A stretch of DNA of 63,552 nucleotides, filler included, from Chiloscyllium plagiosum (GCF_004010195.1; 4 parts of one record of this genome joined end to end with filler, not necessarily neighbours in it), one strand, 5' to 3'; positions 50,813 through 63,462 are shown, numbered from the whole stretch's first letter. The notes: generated by a model not told the origin, from the letters alone. A program made the numbers and translations.

Positions 50813-52145
50813 CACTGGTTCTCTGCCTCTCCTTACAGATCAGTGCTTTCTTTGGAAAAGAGAGAATTAAATAGACATATGAGAGAGTGAACCAGCATGT
50901 ATTTATTCACAGATGGAGTGAATTTGGTGACAATGAGGAAAAGGCATGAAGTTGATTAATGATGAGAGTGAGTGGGAGTGGCAGGTCCATAGCTAGTGAT
51001 GTGAAGAAGTGTAGAGAAGGAGAAACCTGGATACCAGTGCAATTGAGAGTTTAAAGCAGTGTACTGGAGGAAGTTTAACAAGGCCAAGTGATGGGATGAG
51101 CTTGACAGAATGTGGATGAATGTGTCAGCTTCCTTACTAGCTTGGGTCAGTAAAGTCCTTACTACATGAGTGCAGCAACATACTCTTGCTGCTGCTCACC
51201 TTCATGGCCTTCAATCATGTCATTTTGATCTCCACTACAGGTAACCATCCTCACAACCCCGGCAACTCATTCAGTGAACTGGCACTGAACTGAGGCAGAA
51301 CCTTTGCTAGACTGCAAACCATTTCACCACTTGGTGCTCCATTCCTCTTGACTTCAAACTTTATCAATTCGCAGGTGTAGAATTGTAGAGTTTGGATCAC
51401 AAGATTTTGGGGTCACGTCATGATCCCTGTCACTAACTGGATAGGAAAACTGGAATTAAAGCTGTCATGGGGAAGCACAGATAAAAAGACACTGATGGAC
51501 ACATTGGACACACTTCTGTTTTCCTGCCTGCTATCAGATCTCATCGCCACTTATAGAAAGTCACAACATTAAAATTGGAGCCTATGTTTCTGATGGTCAA
51601 AGTCAATCATTCTCTATATATTACAAGCAAAATTGCAACAAGCCCTGCATGTTTGTTAGCATTTCCAACCTTTTCCCAATCCAAAAGATACCAACTAATC
51701 CTTTCCATTCTTCTCCAAGAAGATACATTTGCTTTCATATCAAAAACTGCTTCAATTTTACTGATATGGCTCATGTGAACAAGATGCCTTCTTGAATACT
51801 TTCTGAATTCTGACAATAGAAATCCACATTTTATTTATTTGGTGAAAGCAAATCCCTGAAAACAGGCATCAGTTTTTTCACTTACTGAGTTAAGGTGATC
51901 ATCCATTTCATAAATTATAGAGGAGTTAGATAGCCTCCATAATGTACATGATAGCTCTTGTCTCTCAATGAGTATATAAGGGGTTTGTACTGAGTTGCTG
52001 ACAGTGAAGGTGAGCTGCACAGGGGCCTGGCTTATCCTAATCTGTTTCGTAAGAACCACTCTTATCATGGTACTTCAAAGCTGTGCATCCAACAGAATGG
52101 GTTACTCATAAGAAATATGCTATTGACTTCTCATGTTTCCCATTC

Positions 52146-52471
52146 CTTACACTCAATTTCTTATCACCCAGCCAGTTTTGGATCTATGTTACCACTGTCT
52201 TAAAGGCCTTCTGATCATTCCTACACAATATCATATCATATGTGTTACCCTCATCAAATGTTTATGTTACTTCTTTAAAATCATTAGCAAGTTATTTACA
52301 TACATTTTCCCTTTAGAAATCCATGCTGACTCTTCCCAGTCAACCCACTTTTTTCCAAGTGACTGCTGATTCTATCCCAAATAATTGTTTCCAAAAGTAT
52401 CCTCACTACCATAGTTAAACTAACCCTGCAATTGGCAGAGTTATCTTTACAACCGTTTTTTGAACAAGGAT
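52146..52471 (-). repeat. Inverted duplicate of 55499-55824 (CR1-derived)
   Basis: 326-bp segments that are reverse complements, including long exact runs such as ttccaagtgactgctgattctatcccaaataattgtttccaa. Confidence 0.9.
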
Positions 52472-52589
52472 TATTTAAACTCATGGTGGTGTATGAGATC
52501 AAATAGAAGATGAGATGGTAAATGAGTGGCATAGAATGATAGAAAAGAGAAAACAACAAAGAACATACCAACAATCAAGCTTAGAAGTT

Positions 52590-53440
52590 AAAAGGATAAC
52601 AAAGCCTCAAAACTAAATGCTTTGTAGCTGAACGTGAGTATTCATGACAAAGTAAACAAATTAGTTATATCCACTGAAGTCAATTACTATGATCTGATTT
52701 CCATTACAGATTCCTGATTTCAGGATAACAAGAATTGCAAATGGAATATTGAGGAGTATATGACATTCAAAAATATAAAGTTAGTGAAAAATGGTGGGTA
52801 GAAATGTTAATCAAGGATGGCATAGGTGCAATGGTTAGAGATCATGTACTCAGGAATTAGTATCAGTGAAGATGAGGAATAGTAAGGGCAAGGAGTCAAT
52901 TTTGCTCTTCTTTTTCAGGAAGGATGTAAGTGAATTGTGGGCTTTTCACAGGGGGTTTACAAGATTGATATATGGAATGAGTGGATTGTGTTATGAGGTT
53001 AGGTTTGACAAGCTGGGTTCGTTTTTAAAGAAGGTTTGGAAGGACTGATTTGATTGAAGTGTATACGATGTTGAATAGTCTTAACACCGTTATTGTGGAA
53101 AGGATGTTTCCTCCAGTGGTTCAGTCCAGAATTAGGGAGCATTGTTTAAAAATTAGAATCACCCTTTCAGGAAAGAGATCAGGAAAATTAGTTTCTCTCC
53201 AAGTGTTGTGTGACTTTGGATCTCTCCATCCCAGAGGCAGTGGAGGTAGATTCTTTGAATATTTTTTAAGTCTAGAAGTGGATCGATTCTTGTTAGTCAG
53301 GAGAATCAACAGTAATCATGGATAAATGACAGTGTGAAATTTGAAGCAGAAAGATATCAGCCATGATCTTATTCAATAACAGCGCAGGCTTGAGGGGCCA
53401 AACAATCTCCTACTCCTAATTTGTATGCTCTTATGTTTGA
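52590..53440 (+). mobile_element. Old CR1 relic (endonuclease start and 3' end)
   Basis: YDLISITD-like endonuclease block; later RGFTRLIYGMSGLCYEVRFDKLG and LIEVYTML. Confidence 0.7.
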
Positions 53441-54039
53441 AAGAGAGAATCCAACCATCACACCATAACCTTCAATGGCTTTGCCTTTGTTGAATCCCTA
53501 TCAAGATCTATGGGGTTTTCATTGACCTGAAATTGAATTGGACCAGCCAAATAGATACTGTGACTACAAGACCAAGCCAGAAGCTAGGAATTCTGCAGCA
53601 TTAACTCACTTCCTGAGTCCTCAAAGCCTGTCCACCAACTACAAGGCACAAGATAAGAGACTGATGAAATGGGTGCAGTCAACCAACATTCAAGACGCCA
53701 TCTGAGACAAATTAATCTGCAACACAGCCTTCTGAATTCAAAGTCTAAGCTGCAGAGAACCTTCTTCATTCTGCTCAACTATAATGTTTCCTATGGTTAC
53801 TTCATTCTGTTTTGCTCCCTCCATGTGAATAGTTTCCTGTACATTCGTGCTGTGGTCAATTCACTCAACCACACTGTAGCCCTGACTCTTCTCCAAACAA
53901 AAAGAAATAACCTTAACCCAGTTTGCTGAGGCTCATGCACTCCTGCCCAGATATCGAGATATGTTTCCACTCCCTGATGTGTCAGTGTTTGAAGGTTAGG
54001 TTCCAGCTCATAAACACTGAGCCAAAGCTGTTTGAGCTG

Positions 54040-54820
54040 TGTTAAGACAGACCCGCGGGGTCCCGTCTTTGCGTGTTCTTTCGGAAGGAGAGACTCACAC
54101 TGGCAACTATGGTTAGACGCAGACAGCAGTTTATTCACAGAATCTTAACTGGTACAACGAATCTACAAGCATGCATTCGTTGGAGAAGGCGTTCTGTCTT
54201 CTCGTTCAAACATGACACAATGAGACTTCGAGCTGTCTGGAGTCCCCGGTCAGTTCGCCTTCCCCATTGGTCCATTCATCTGCGCGCGCTGGGGATCCGT
54301 CCTCCTATTGGCCGCATCGAAGTGCCTGTCCAGCTCCTGCTGTGCTTGACAATGGCTCAGCCATCCCCGGGAGCGGTTCCGATCCCGTATTCAATAGTTC
54401 ATTGTTTCAAGGAATTACTATGCGTCTGACAGGCTAGCCATTTTCAATAGTTTAAGTTTAACTAAATTGACAATTACACTTATCAACTTTAGACTTAAAT
54501 AGAGCCATTGACACATAACAGTTACAGGTTCCGATAGAGCAATTCACACTTGTCTAACAGTTACAGATTCCGATCGGTTTCTTTATTAATCCCGAGTTTC
54601 GATGGGGCAATTGATACTGGCTGGTATTTACAGGCTCCAAGATTTAATTAACATTATGCATATCCCTTACAAGCTCCAGCCAGGTAGTCATGCAGTCGCC
54701 AGCAGCAGCTCGCTTGGCTGTTGTTAACCATTTCAGGGCTGGAACTAGAAGTGTCTGTTGCAGAACTAGTGTCACCCTCCCTAGCCCTACATTAAACACC
54801 GCAGTGAAATCTCCCCAACA
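54040..54820 (-). mobile_element. CpG-rich solo LTR (781 bp), retroviral or LTR-retrotransposon type
   Basis: TGTT...AACA termini, 4-bp TSD GCTG (54036-54039, 54821-54824), minus-strand AATAAA near 54130, two minus-strand CCAAT boxes and an internal 20-bp repeat; inserted in a CR1 ORF1 relic. Confidence 0.8.
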
Positions 54821-54949
54821 GCTGTAAGCATGGGCTGCAGGCATGTTTGCCCTGCATCACAACAGCATCCAGGAGCTTCCACATACTGCATCCATGACAC
54901 CTCACCAGTCCTGCTATCATTAATGTGATTTTATAATTAATCGCTTAAA

Positions 54950-55098
54950 TAGAGTCATAGAGTCTTAGAGATGTACAGCATGGAAACAGACCCTTCGGTC
55001 CAACCCGTCCATGCCGACCAGATATCTCAACCCAATCTAGTCCCACCTGCCAGCACCCGGCCCATATCTCTCCAAACCCTTCCTATTCATATACCCAA
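54950..55098 (-). mobile_element. CR1 3' end
   Basis: tagagtcatagagtcttagagatgtacagcatggaaacagaccc. Confidence 0.9.
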
Positions 55099-55199
55099 AT
55101 AATTTATCCAATTATTTATTTCAATGTTTTATGCATTTTATTAAACCTACCATAGTTCCTGTCCTATTCTAAACCTTAGGAAAAGAATAGACCTGAACT

Positions 55200-56985
55200 A
55201 CCTTAATTTCAGAGGCGGGGCACAGCTGAGATATTGAGTGAATCTGTAAGAGAGGAGGATGCTGCACAGACCATAGTGACAGTGGAAGAAACTCCATCCC
55301 TTAAAGGTCAAAACTAATAAGAGAGAAGTCTTGGAAAGATTGTTGGCACTTAAAGTTAAAGCACTGGGGGCTGAATGAGATGCAATCAAGGATTTCGAAG
55401 GAAGTGAGGATAAAACTTCTGAAGGCACTTGCCATTATCTTTCAGTATTCCCTAAACTCCAGGCTGGTGCCAGAAGGCTGCAGAATTGCCACCATAGCAT
55501 CCTTGTTCAAAAAACAATTGTGAGGATAACCCTACCCATTGCAGGGTTAGTTTAACTGTGGTAGTGGGGATACTGTTGGAAACAATTATTTGGGATAGAA
55601 TCAGCAGTCACTTGGAAAAACGTGGGTTGACTGGGAAGAGTCAGCATGGATTTCTAAAGAGAAAATGCATATCAATTACTTGCTGATGATTTTGAAGAAG
55701 TAACATAAATGTTTGATGAGGGTAACACATATGATAGCATATTGTGTAGGATTGATCAGAAGGCATTTAAGACAGTGGCAACATGGATACAAAACTAGCT
55801 GGGTGATAAGAAATCGAGTGTAAGAGTCATAGAACATAGAACATAGAACATAGAAGAATACAGCGGGTAAGTAATTTTGAAAAAACTCTTACCTTAGCTG
55901 TAGTCTCCCGGGTTCACCTCAACTCGGCCGCTGCTCCCACTCAAAATGGGAGTCAATAGATATTTTTCAGGCTGGATGAACTTTCGTAGTGTAATTCCCC
56001 AGGGATTGGTGTTGGGGCCCTTGCTTTTTCTGATATATATTAATGATCTGGATCTTGGTGTTCAAACGACAAATTCAAAGTTTGCATATGATGCTAAACT
56101 TTGGAGAATTGCAAACAGTGAGGAGATGGTTGGAACTCCAAAAGAATATTGACAAATTACTGCAGTGGATGGAAAGGTGACAGATGAGGTTCAAAACAGA
56201 GAAGGGTGAGGCGATGTACTTTGGGTTGGATACATTCTGATAGATGGTACAAAATAGGGCGTACAATTTGAAAGGAGGTGTAAAGGAGGTACCCGAGGAG
56301 TAGTGGGACCTGGGGGTATATGTGCACAGACCATTGAAGGTGGCAGGACAGGTGGAGTGCGCAGTAAATAAAGCATACAGTGTTTTCAGCTTTTTAAATA
56401 GCAGCAGAGAGTATAAGAGCAAAGAGGTGGTGTTGAACTTGTACAAAACACTTGTTTGACTTCAGCTGGAGAACTTGTATAGTTGTGTGTAAGAAAAATA
56501 CAAGTGCATTGGAGAGAGTGCTGAAGCAGTTTGCTTGAATGGTTCAGGAGATGAGGAACTTCAGATATCATAGATGAAAGAAGTTTGGATTTCCTCTTGG
56601 AGAGAAGAAGGCTGAGGGGAGATCCAATTGAGCTTTTCAAGAGCTCATGAGCGATTCTGGACAGAGTAGATATGGTGAAGCTGTTTCTGCTTGTATGAAA
56701 AACAAGAGTGAGAGGCCATAGATTTAAAGAGATGTGTGAACGAAGCATGGGCAATGTGAGGGAAAAAAAAAACATTTTTGCACAGGGAATTGTTAGGATA
56801 TGGAATGCACTTCCTGGAAATGTGGTTGAGGCATGTTCCATTCAGGCATTCAAAGGACATTACATTCTTTTTGGACAGTAACTGTGTGCAGGTATATGGA
56901 TTACAATTCGATAATAGAATCAGTGCATGAAAAATGGGCTGAATGACCTCTTTCTGCAAAGTAATATTTCTGTGATTCTGTGATA
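55200..56985 (+). mobile_element. CR1 ORF2 relic and 3' UTR
   Basis: SVIPQGLVLGPLLFLIYINDLD..KFAYDAKL and other ORF2 blocks. Confidence 0.88.
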
Positions 56986-57061
56986 TTTACCAGATCTTCA
57001 CCAAACAACACAATTCTTTCCCTGTAATTGAGTTAAGAGCTACTGGTGAATGATGATAGAC

Positions 57062-57690
57062 AGGGAAAAAGTGAGGACGGCAGATGCTGGAGATCAGAGC
57101 TGAAAAATGTGTTGCTGGAAAAGCGCAGCAGGTCAGGCAGCATCCAAGGAGCAGGAGAATNNNNNNNNNNNNNNNNNNNNNNNNNNNNNNNNNNNNNNNN
57201 NNNNTTAATTAATTAANNNNNNNNNNNNNNNNNNNNNNNNNNNNNNNNNNNNNNNNNNNNGCCTCATCTTCCGCCTCGGAACACTTCAACCCCAGGGCAT
57301 CAATGTGGACTTCAACAGTTTCCTCATTTCCCCTTCCCCCACCTCACCATAGTTCTAAACTTCCAGCTCAGCACTGTCCCCATGACTTGTCCGGACTTGT
57401 CCTACCTGCCTATCTCCTTTTCCACCTATCCACTCCACCCTCTCCTCCCTGGCCTATCACCTTCATCCCCTCCCCCACTCACCCATTGTACTCTATGCTA
57501 CTTTCTCCCCCCCCCCCCCCTCCTCCAGCTTATCTCTCCACGCTTCAGGCTCACTGCCTTTATTCCTGATGAAGGGCTTTTGCCCAAAACGTCGATTTCG
57601 AAGCTCCTTGGATGCTGCCTGAACTGCTGTGCTCTTCCAGCACCACTAATCCAGAATCTTGTTTCCAGCATCTGCAGTCATTGTTTTTAC
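57062..57690 (+). mobile_element. Family A Penelope element ends flanking a gap
   Basis: Inverted terminal copy 57062-57160; after the gap LIFRLGTLQPQGINVDFNSF (GIY-YIG end), a C-rich UTR and a hammerhead motif at 57562-57597 with G>A at 57586. Confidence 0.85.
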
Positions 57691-57699
57691 CCCGCAGGT

Positions 57700-58862
57700 T
57701 GACATAAACAAAGTTGGGAAGAGAATTAGTGAGGATGACACAGAGAGTCTGTAGAAGGATATAAACTGATTAGGTGAGTGGGCACAAATTTTGCAGATGG
57801 AATGTAATGTTGAAAAAATGAGATTATGTGCTTTGACAGGAAGAATAGAGGAGCAGAATATTATTTAAATGAGGAAGGCTGCAGAAAGCTGCAGCACAGA
57901 TGGATTAAAGGTTCTTAAGTTAATCATAAAAAGCTGGCCAAATGCTTGGTTCATCAGGTAATAAGGAAGACAAATGCAATCTTGGTTTTTATTTAAAAGG
58001 GCCAAAACGTGTGGTGCTGGAATACCCAAGGAACAGGATGCTGCCTGACTTGCTGTGCTTTTCCAGCATCACACTTTTCGATTCTGATCTCCAGCATCTG
58101 CAGTCCTCACTTTCTCCTAGTTTATTTAAAAGAGCATGGGGTATAAAATTAGGAAAGTTGTGACAAAATTATACGAAGTGCTAATTAGCTCACACCTAGA
58201 ATAGTGTGAATAGTTTTAGTTCCTCATCTAAGGAAAGATGTACTGGCAGTAAGGCAGTCAAGAGAAAATTCACTGGTGTGATCTCAGGTATAGAAGGAGT
58301 TTCTTATGAGAAGAGGTTTAGTTGTTTGGGCCTGCACTCACTGGAGTTTAGAAGAATGAGAGATAGCTATATTGGAACATACAATATCCTTAGGGGACTG
58401 ACGAGGCAGATGTTTTCCATTGTGCGATAGTTTAGAAACAGAAGACATAATCTCAGAGTAAAGAGGTCATGAATTTATAAAATTACAAATGGGAGGAATT
58501 TCTTCTATCAGAATGGAATAAATCTGTGGAATTCTTTCTCACAGACAGCTACGGAGGCTGTGCCAAAGAGTATGTTCAATGCTGAGATAGATAGATTTTT
58601 AATCTTGAAAGAATATAAGGATTATCAGGAAAACAAAAACAGAAATTGCTGACAAAGCTCAGCAGGTCTGGCAGCCCATCTGTGGAGAGAAAGCAGAGTC
58701 AATGTTTCAGGTCCAGTATCCTTCTTCAGAATAGATACTTTTGTTCAGTGGTAATGAGGAGAAGGCAGGAAAGTGGAGCTGAGGATTGTCACATTAGCCA
58801 TGATCTCATTGAATAGTGTTGGGCTGAATGGCCTACCTCTGTTCCAATGTCTTATGGTCTTA
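57700..58862 (+). mobile_element. Old CR1 3' fragment containing PLE-derived inserts
   Basis: RKFTGVISGIEGVSYEKRFSCLGLHSLEFRRMR. One insert at 58000-58120 has a 12-bp TSD tttatttaaaag (57988-57999, 58121-58132); another at ~58630-58731 reads ctgaagaaggatactggacctgaaacatt on the minus strand. Confidence 0.85.
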
Positions 58863-59615
58863 GTAATTGTGACTCTATCAGAAAGAAATTAACATTAATT
58901 AGTCATGCTGCACTAGAGCAGAAGTGGAAAGAATGAAGTAATGGTCAAAATTTTTTTTTTTTAAATTACATATTGATGTTTATATTGTGTGATTAGCTAC
59001 TGCCTGTCATGGAATTCAAGTGATAAGACATATTTTCAGTGATCCTACCTTATTCTGTTTTAAGTTACTTGGTTAGCAACCATTTATTTGTTATAATAAA
59101 GTCCAATAATTAATATCTGTTGCTTGCAATATATTTCTGATAACTTCAGCAGTCTTAAAACAACTTAAATTGGTATTACTTTATATAGTGTATTAATTTA
59201 ATATCAGTACAAGCACTGACAATATATAATGGCATATTCCGGAAAAAAAAGAAGATAAGATAATCCTTTACAGCATAGAAAAGTAAAGAGAGAGGAATCT
59301 CTTGAAGAGTAATTTGACATTCAAGAGATGCTTCAGGGAGATAAAACCATGGGACATAGGAGCAGACTTCAGCCGTTCAACCCATCCAATCTACTTTGCC
59401 TTTCAATAAGGTCATAGCTGATCTGATGGTTCTCAACTTCACTTTCCTACCTTTTCCCCATAACCTTGATTCCATTTATTGATTAAAAACCTGTCTATCT
59501 CAGATTCGAATCATTTGCCTTCCTCATCTGATTTTGACTGGGTGCAATTGTTTTGATCATTGACAGGTTTTGTGGAGTTTGTTCCTTTCCTATTTCTTCA
59601 GGGTTAACACTCACA

Positions 59616-59864
59616 ATGACTATTTGGCTTTTGACTGTGGCAATTCTTGGCTAGAACAATCAAAAGCTAATTTCACTGTCCTGCTTTCTCACCACCTCCC
59701 TGCATGCTTCAAATAATTATCCAATTTTCCCTTCAAAAATGCAATGCTGTTTGCATTCCTCTGGCAATGCCTTGCATTCTCCAGTAATCATCCATGTAAA
59801 AAAATTTGAACCAACCTTTTCTTCTTATTATCTTAGTGTCAGTTTTATATTGATGACCCCTTGT
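59616..59864 (+). repeat. Direct duplicate of 61155-61402 (ancient CR1 3' end)
   Basis: Shared blocks actgtcctgctttctcacca, atccaattttcccttcaaaaatgca and tggcaatgccttgcattct. Confidence 0.85.
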
Positions 59865-62317
59865 CATCTTTAGTCATCTCAGAACAAAGGGTCAAGCATT
59901 TAAGACAGAGATGGAGAGGAGGAATTTCTCCTCTCAGAGGGTTGGGGAAACTATAGATTTCTATTCCACAGAAGACTATAGAGATTGGTTCATTAAGTAT
60001 ATTCATGGCTGATGTAGCAGATTTTTAATCAATAAGGGAGTCAAAGGTTATGGAGAAAAAGCAGGAAAGGGAAAGTGCAGGTGTTGTTGGTGAGCCAGCT
60101 CAGGAATCAGGACTCATGGCAAAGGCAGCAGAATGAAAATAAACTCTCCTTCAATGACATCTTTTTATTCTTAAAATATTCACATTGGTGCCAGATCGTG
60201 GCGAAGGTTGAAGCTTTGCACTGTATTATTCCCTGTAAAATTCAAGAGGCAATATTCAATTAAATTCAATTCAATTGAGGAATATCAGGTCAGTCCATGA
60301 TCTCATCGAATGACACAGCAGAATCAATGGACTGAATGGCTGATGTCATATGCTCCTATGACTTATGGTCCGATTGACTCCCCAAGAGGAATTGATTTTT
60401 TTTCCCATGCAGCATTCAAAACTTTTCAGACTGCATGCACAGATAGTTTAAATATCGTGGCAGATGCTACTGGAGAAATAACAGCTATGCTTATGAATTT
60501 ATCTAGAAGATTCAACAATCACTGTTTTGCAAAATAACATGTAAGTAAAGCTATGAATGAAAATTAAAACTTTGAAGATCCTTTGTAAATTTAAATAAAC
60601 TCGCCCAGGAATTAATAAAATAAAACTATATGATTTTCTAATCTGAGGATGGATGTTTTACATGAAAGAGGCAACAAGGTGTCTGAATAATACTGTTTTT
60701 TAGGAAAGGTAACATATAAATAATCCATGTGGTCATACCTGGCCATATTCAGCTCGAGGAACTCAAATACGTCAAAACTTCAAGCACTTTGAGATCTTTT
60801 ATAACAAAATGATGGAGCTACGGGGTAGCATTCTTTCATGTTTTCAAATTAAATGTCATTTATAACTGGCCAGTAACACAGGTTATGAGGCAGGAACAGA
60901 AAATAATATAAGACAGCATGAAATGCTATTCCAAAACAACCATGTGGTCATAACAAACCAAAGAAAAAAAATCAAAGTAGAGTTGTAGCATACAATAGAC
61001 TATACCCCTATTGGTCTGCTGTAGCTTGTTTTCTGAGCTGCATTTTCAAACAGCACTATCTTTCAAAGGCTGGTCATTTTTCTGCCAATATGCTGTTAAG
61101 CCCTCATTCATCTGTAATGGGATCAGTTAATAATAGAGGTTTACAGATCGAAAGATGACTATTTGACTTTTCACTGCAGCAGCTCTTGACTAGAATAATC
61201 AAAAACTAATTTTACTGTCCTGCTTTCTCACCAGTGTCATGGATGTTTAAAATAATGATCCAATTTTCCCTTCAAAAATGCAGTATCGTCTGCATTCCTG
61301 TGGCAATGCCTTGCATTCTGTCGCAATCATCGATGTAAAAACATTTAAACTGACCTTCCTTCTTTCTATCATAGTGTCAGTTTTACATTGACGACTCCTT
61401 GTTGGTGACTCCCCAACCACAGGAAAATTATCTTTTCCTCTGCACAATTCAAATTAATGATAAAAACCTCCATTAAATCTGCTCTTGTAATTTTCTTCAT
61501 GAAAATAATTCCATAATTTTCAAACTTTTTCCATAAAGCATTCTCCCCAAGCCTGTGATAACAGGAAACCAGAAGAAGCTGTCTATTCATTGAATATGCA
61601 CAGCCACTTGCATTTACTGGATATGGAGCATCCAAGAAATCCACCACATGCAAAATTTCTAGGTTTGAATTTTTCCAGCAAGTTTGTTGAAGTGCATCTT
61701 AGAGAATGAAAATCCATACCCACTACATTTATCATATTCAGTTCATTTATATAACTGGCAATTTCTCCAAAAGCGGTAATTGTACAAGTGATATATGCTT
61801 TTTCTTTTAATGAAATGGTCCAGCTTTTCCTTGGTTTTATTAATAAATGCTTACCAATTGTGTTGTAGGTTACCAATGTAAATGACGTTTTATATATTGT
61901 GGAACAAGATTTAAACATTTAAACTATTTTGATATTAAATACAGTACAAATTACATGCAAAACAACTTTGAGAAAATTCAATATCATACGTAATTTTTCC
62001 TTGGCATTTTTATTGAAAGCCAAACATATTGAATTCCAATCCTCATTCTAAGTCATGAGATTCCAAACAGAAATGATTTAAACAATCTTAACCTTGCTTT
62101 ACATGAGGATGAGCTGACTAGAAATATAATTTAAGATAGACATGATGATGTCCATGTGGGACATGGAAAGTTCATAGTGAGACCTTTGCTTGTAGGGGCC
62201 ATGTAGGCATTTAGTTCTAATGTTATTAAATCTCCACTATCTAATTTTCAATAAAAGAAAATTCATCATATGCTCAGCCAGCACTTTGCAATATAAGATC
62301 ATTAGTACTAAAATTTT

Positions 62318-62606
62318 GGGGCGGCACAGTGGTTAGCATTGCTGCTTCACAGCGCCAGGGTCCCAGCTTCAATTCCAGCCTCGGGCGAATGTCTGCGTGG
62401 AGTTTGCACATTCTCCCCATGTCTGTGTGGGTTTCCTCCGGGTGCTCCAGTTTCCTCCCCCAGTCCAACGATGTGCAGGGCAGGTGAATTGGCCATAGTG
62501 TTAGGTGCATTAGTCAGAGGGAAATGGGTCTGGGTAGGTTACTCTTCGGAGAGTTGGTGTGGATTTGTTGGGCCGAAGGGCCTATTTCCACACTGTAGGG
62601 AATCTA
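62318..62606 (+). mobile_element. HE1/V-type SINE
   Basis: ggcggcacagtggttagc head, V-domain and ttgggccgaagggcctatttccacactgtagggaatcta tail. Confidence 0.92.
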
Positions 62607-62707
62607 AAAAAAGGGCATGATTTGGAGATGCCAGTGTTGGACTGGGGTGTACAAAGTTAAAAATCACACAACACCAGGTTATAGTCCAATAGGTTTAGTT
62701 GGAAGCA

Positions 62708-62742
62708 CACTAGCTTTCGGAATGACGCTCCTTCATCAGGTG
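62708..62742 (-). ncRNA. Minimal hammerhead ribozyme motif (family B)
   Basis: Minus: CAC CTGATGA a GGAG cgtca TTCC GAA AGCT A GTG. Confidence 0.7.
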
Positions 62743-63422
62743 ATAATGGAGGGCTCAATCCTAACACAGAATATTTAGCAAAAATTTACAGTGTGATGTA
62801 ACTGAAATTATACATTGAAAAATTGATTGTCTGTTAAGCCTTTCATCTGTTAGAATACAATGATAGTTTCACTTCTTTCATGTGTAAATCACAAAACCTT
62901 TTTGTAAAAAGTTGCATTCTCGGGTTAGCTGTTAACAATGGTGATAGCTAGACAATATGTTGAAGGTGTTGGCCCCCTGTGTTCTCTATCTATGCCATGA
63001 TGTTTAAATTGATTCTAATCTAAAAAGTGAGATAACAGAATTTTACATAAATTCATGCAGTTTTTGAGCTCAGAGTTCTACATGAATGCAGAACTCTGAG
63101 CTCAAAAACTGCATGAATTTAGGCAAAACTCCGTTATCTCACTTTTTAGATTAGAATCAATCTAAACATCAGGTCATAGACAGAGAACACAGGGGGCTAA
63201 CACCTTCAACATATTGTCTAGCTATCACCATTGTTAACAGCTAACCCGAGAATGCAACTTTAAAAAAAAGGGTTTTGTGATTTACACATGAAAGAAGTGA
63301 AACTATCACTGTATTCTAACAGATGAAAGGCTTAACAGACAATCAATTCTTCAATGTATAATTACAGTTACATCACACTGCAAATTTTTGCTATAAACTC
63401 TGTGTTCCAATCGAGTCCTCCA

Positions 63423-63462
63423 CATCACCTGATGAAGGAGCGTCGCTCCGAAAGCTAGTATG
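63423..63462 (+). ncRNA. Minimal hammerhead ribozyme motif (family B)
   Basis: catcac CTGATGA a GGAGC gtc GCTCC GAA AGCT A gtatg. Confidence 0.72.

Noticed and set aside
50581..50826. Hairpin inserts as DNA-transposon MITEs or pre-miRNAs
   Set aside because: The arms are asymmetric, the TSDs are long and variable (10-15 bp), and the same sequence lies directly downstream of PLE GIY-YIG coding ends.
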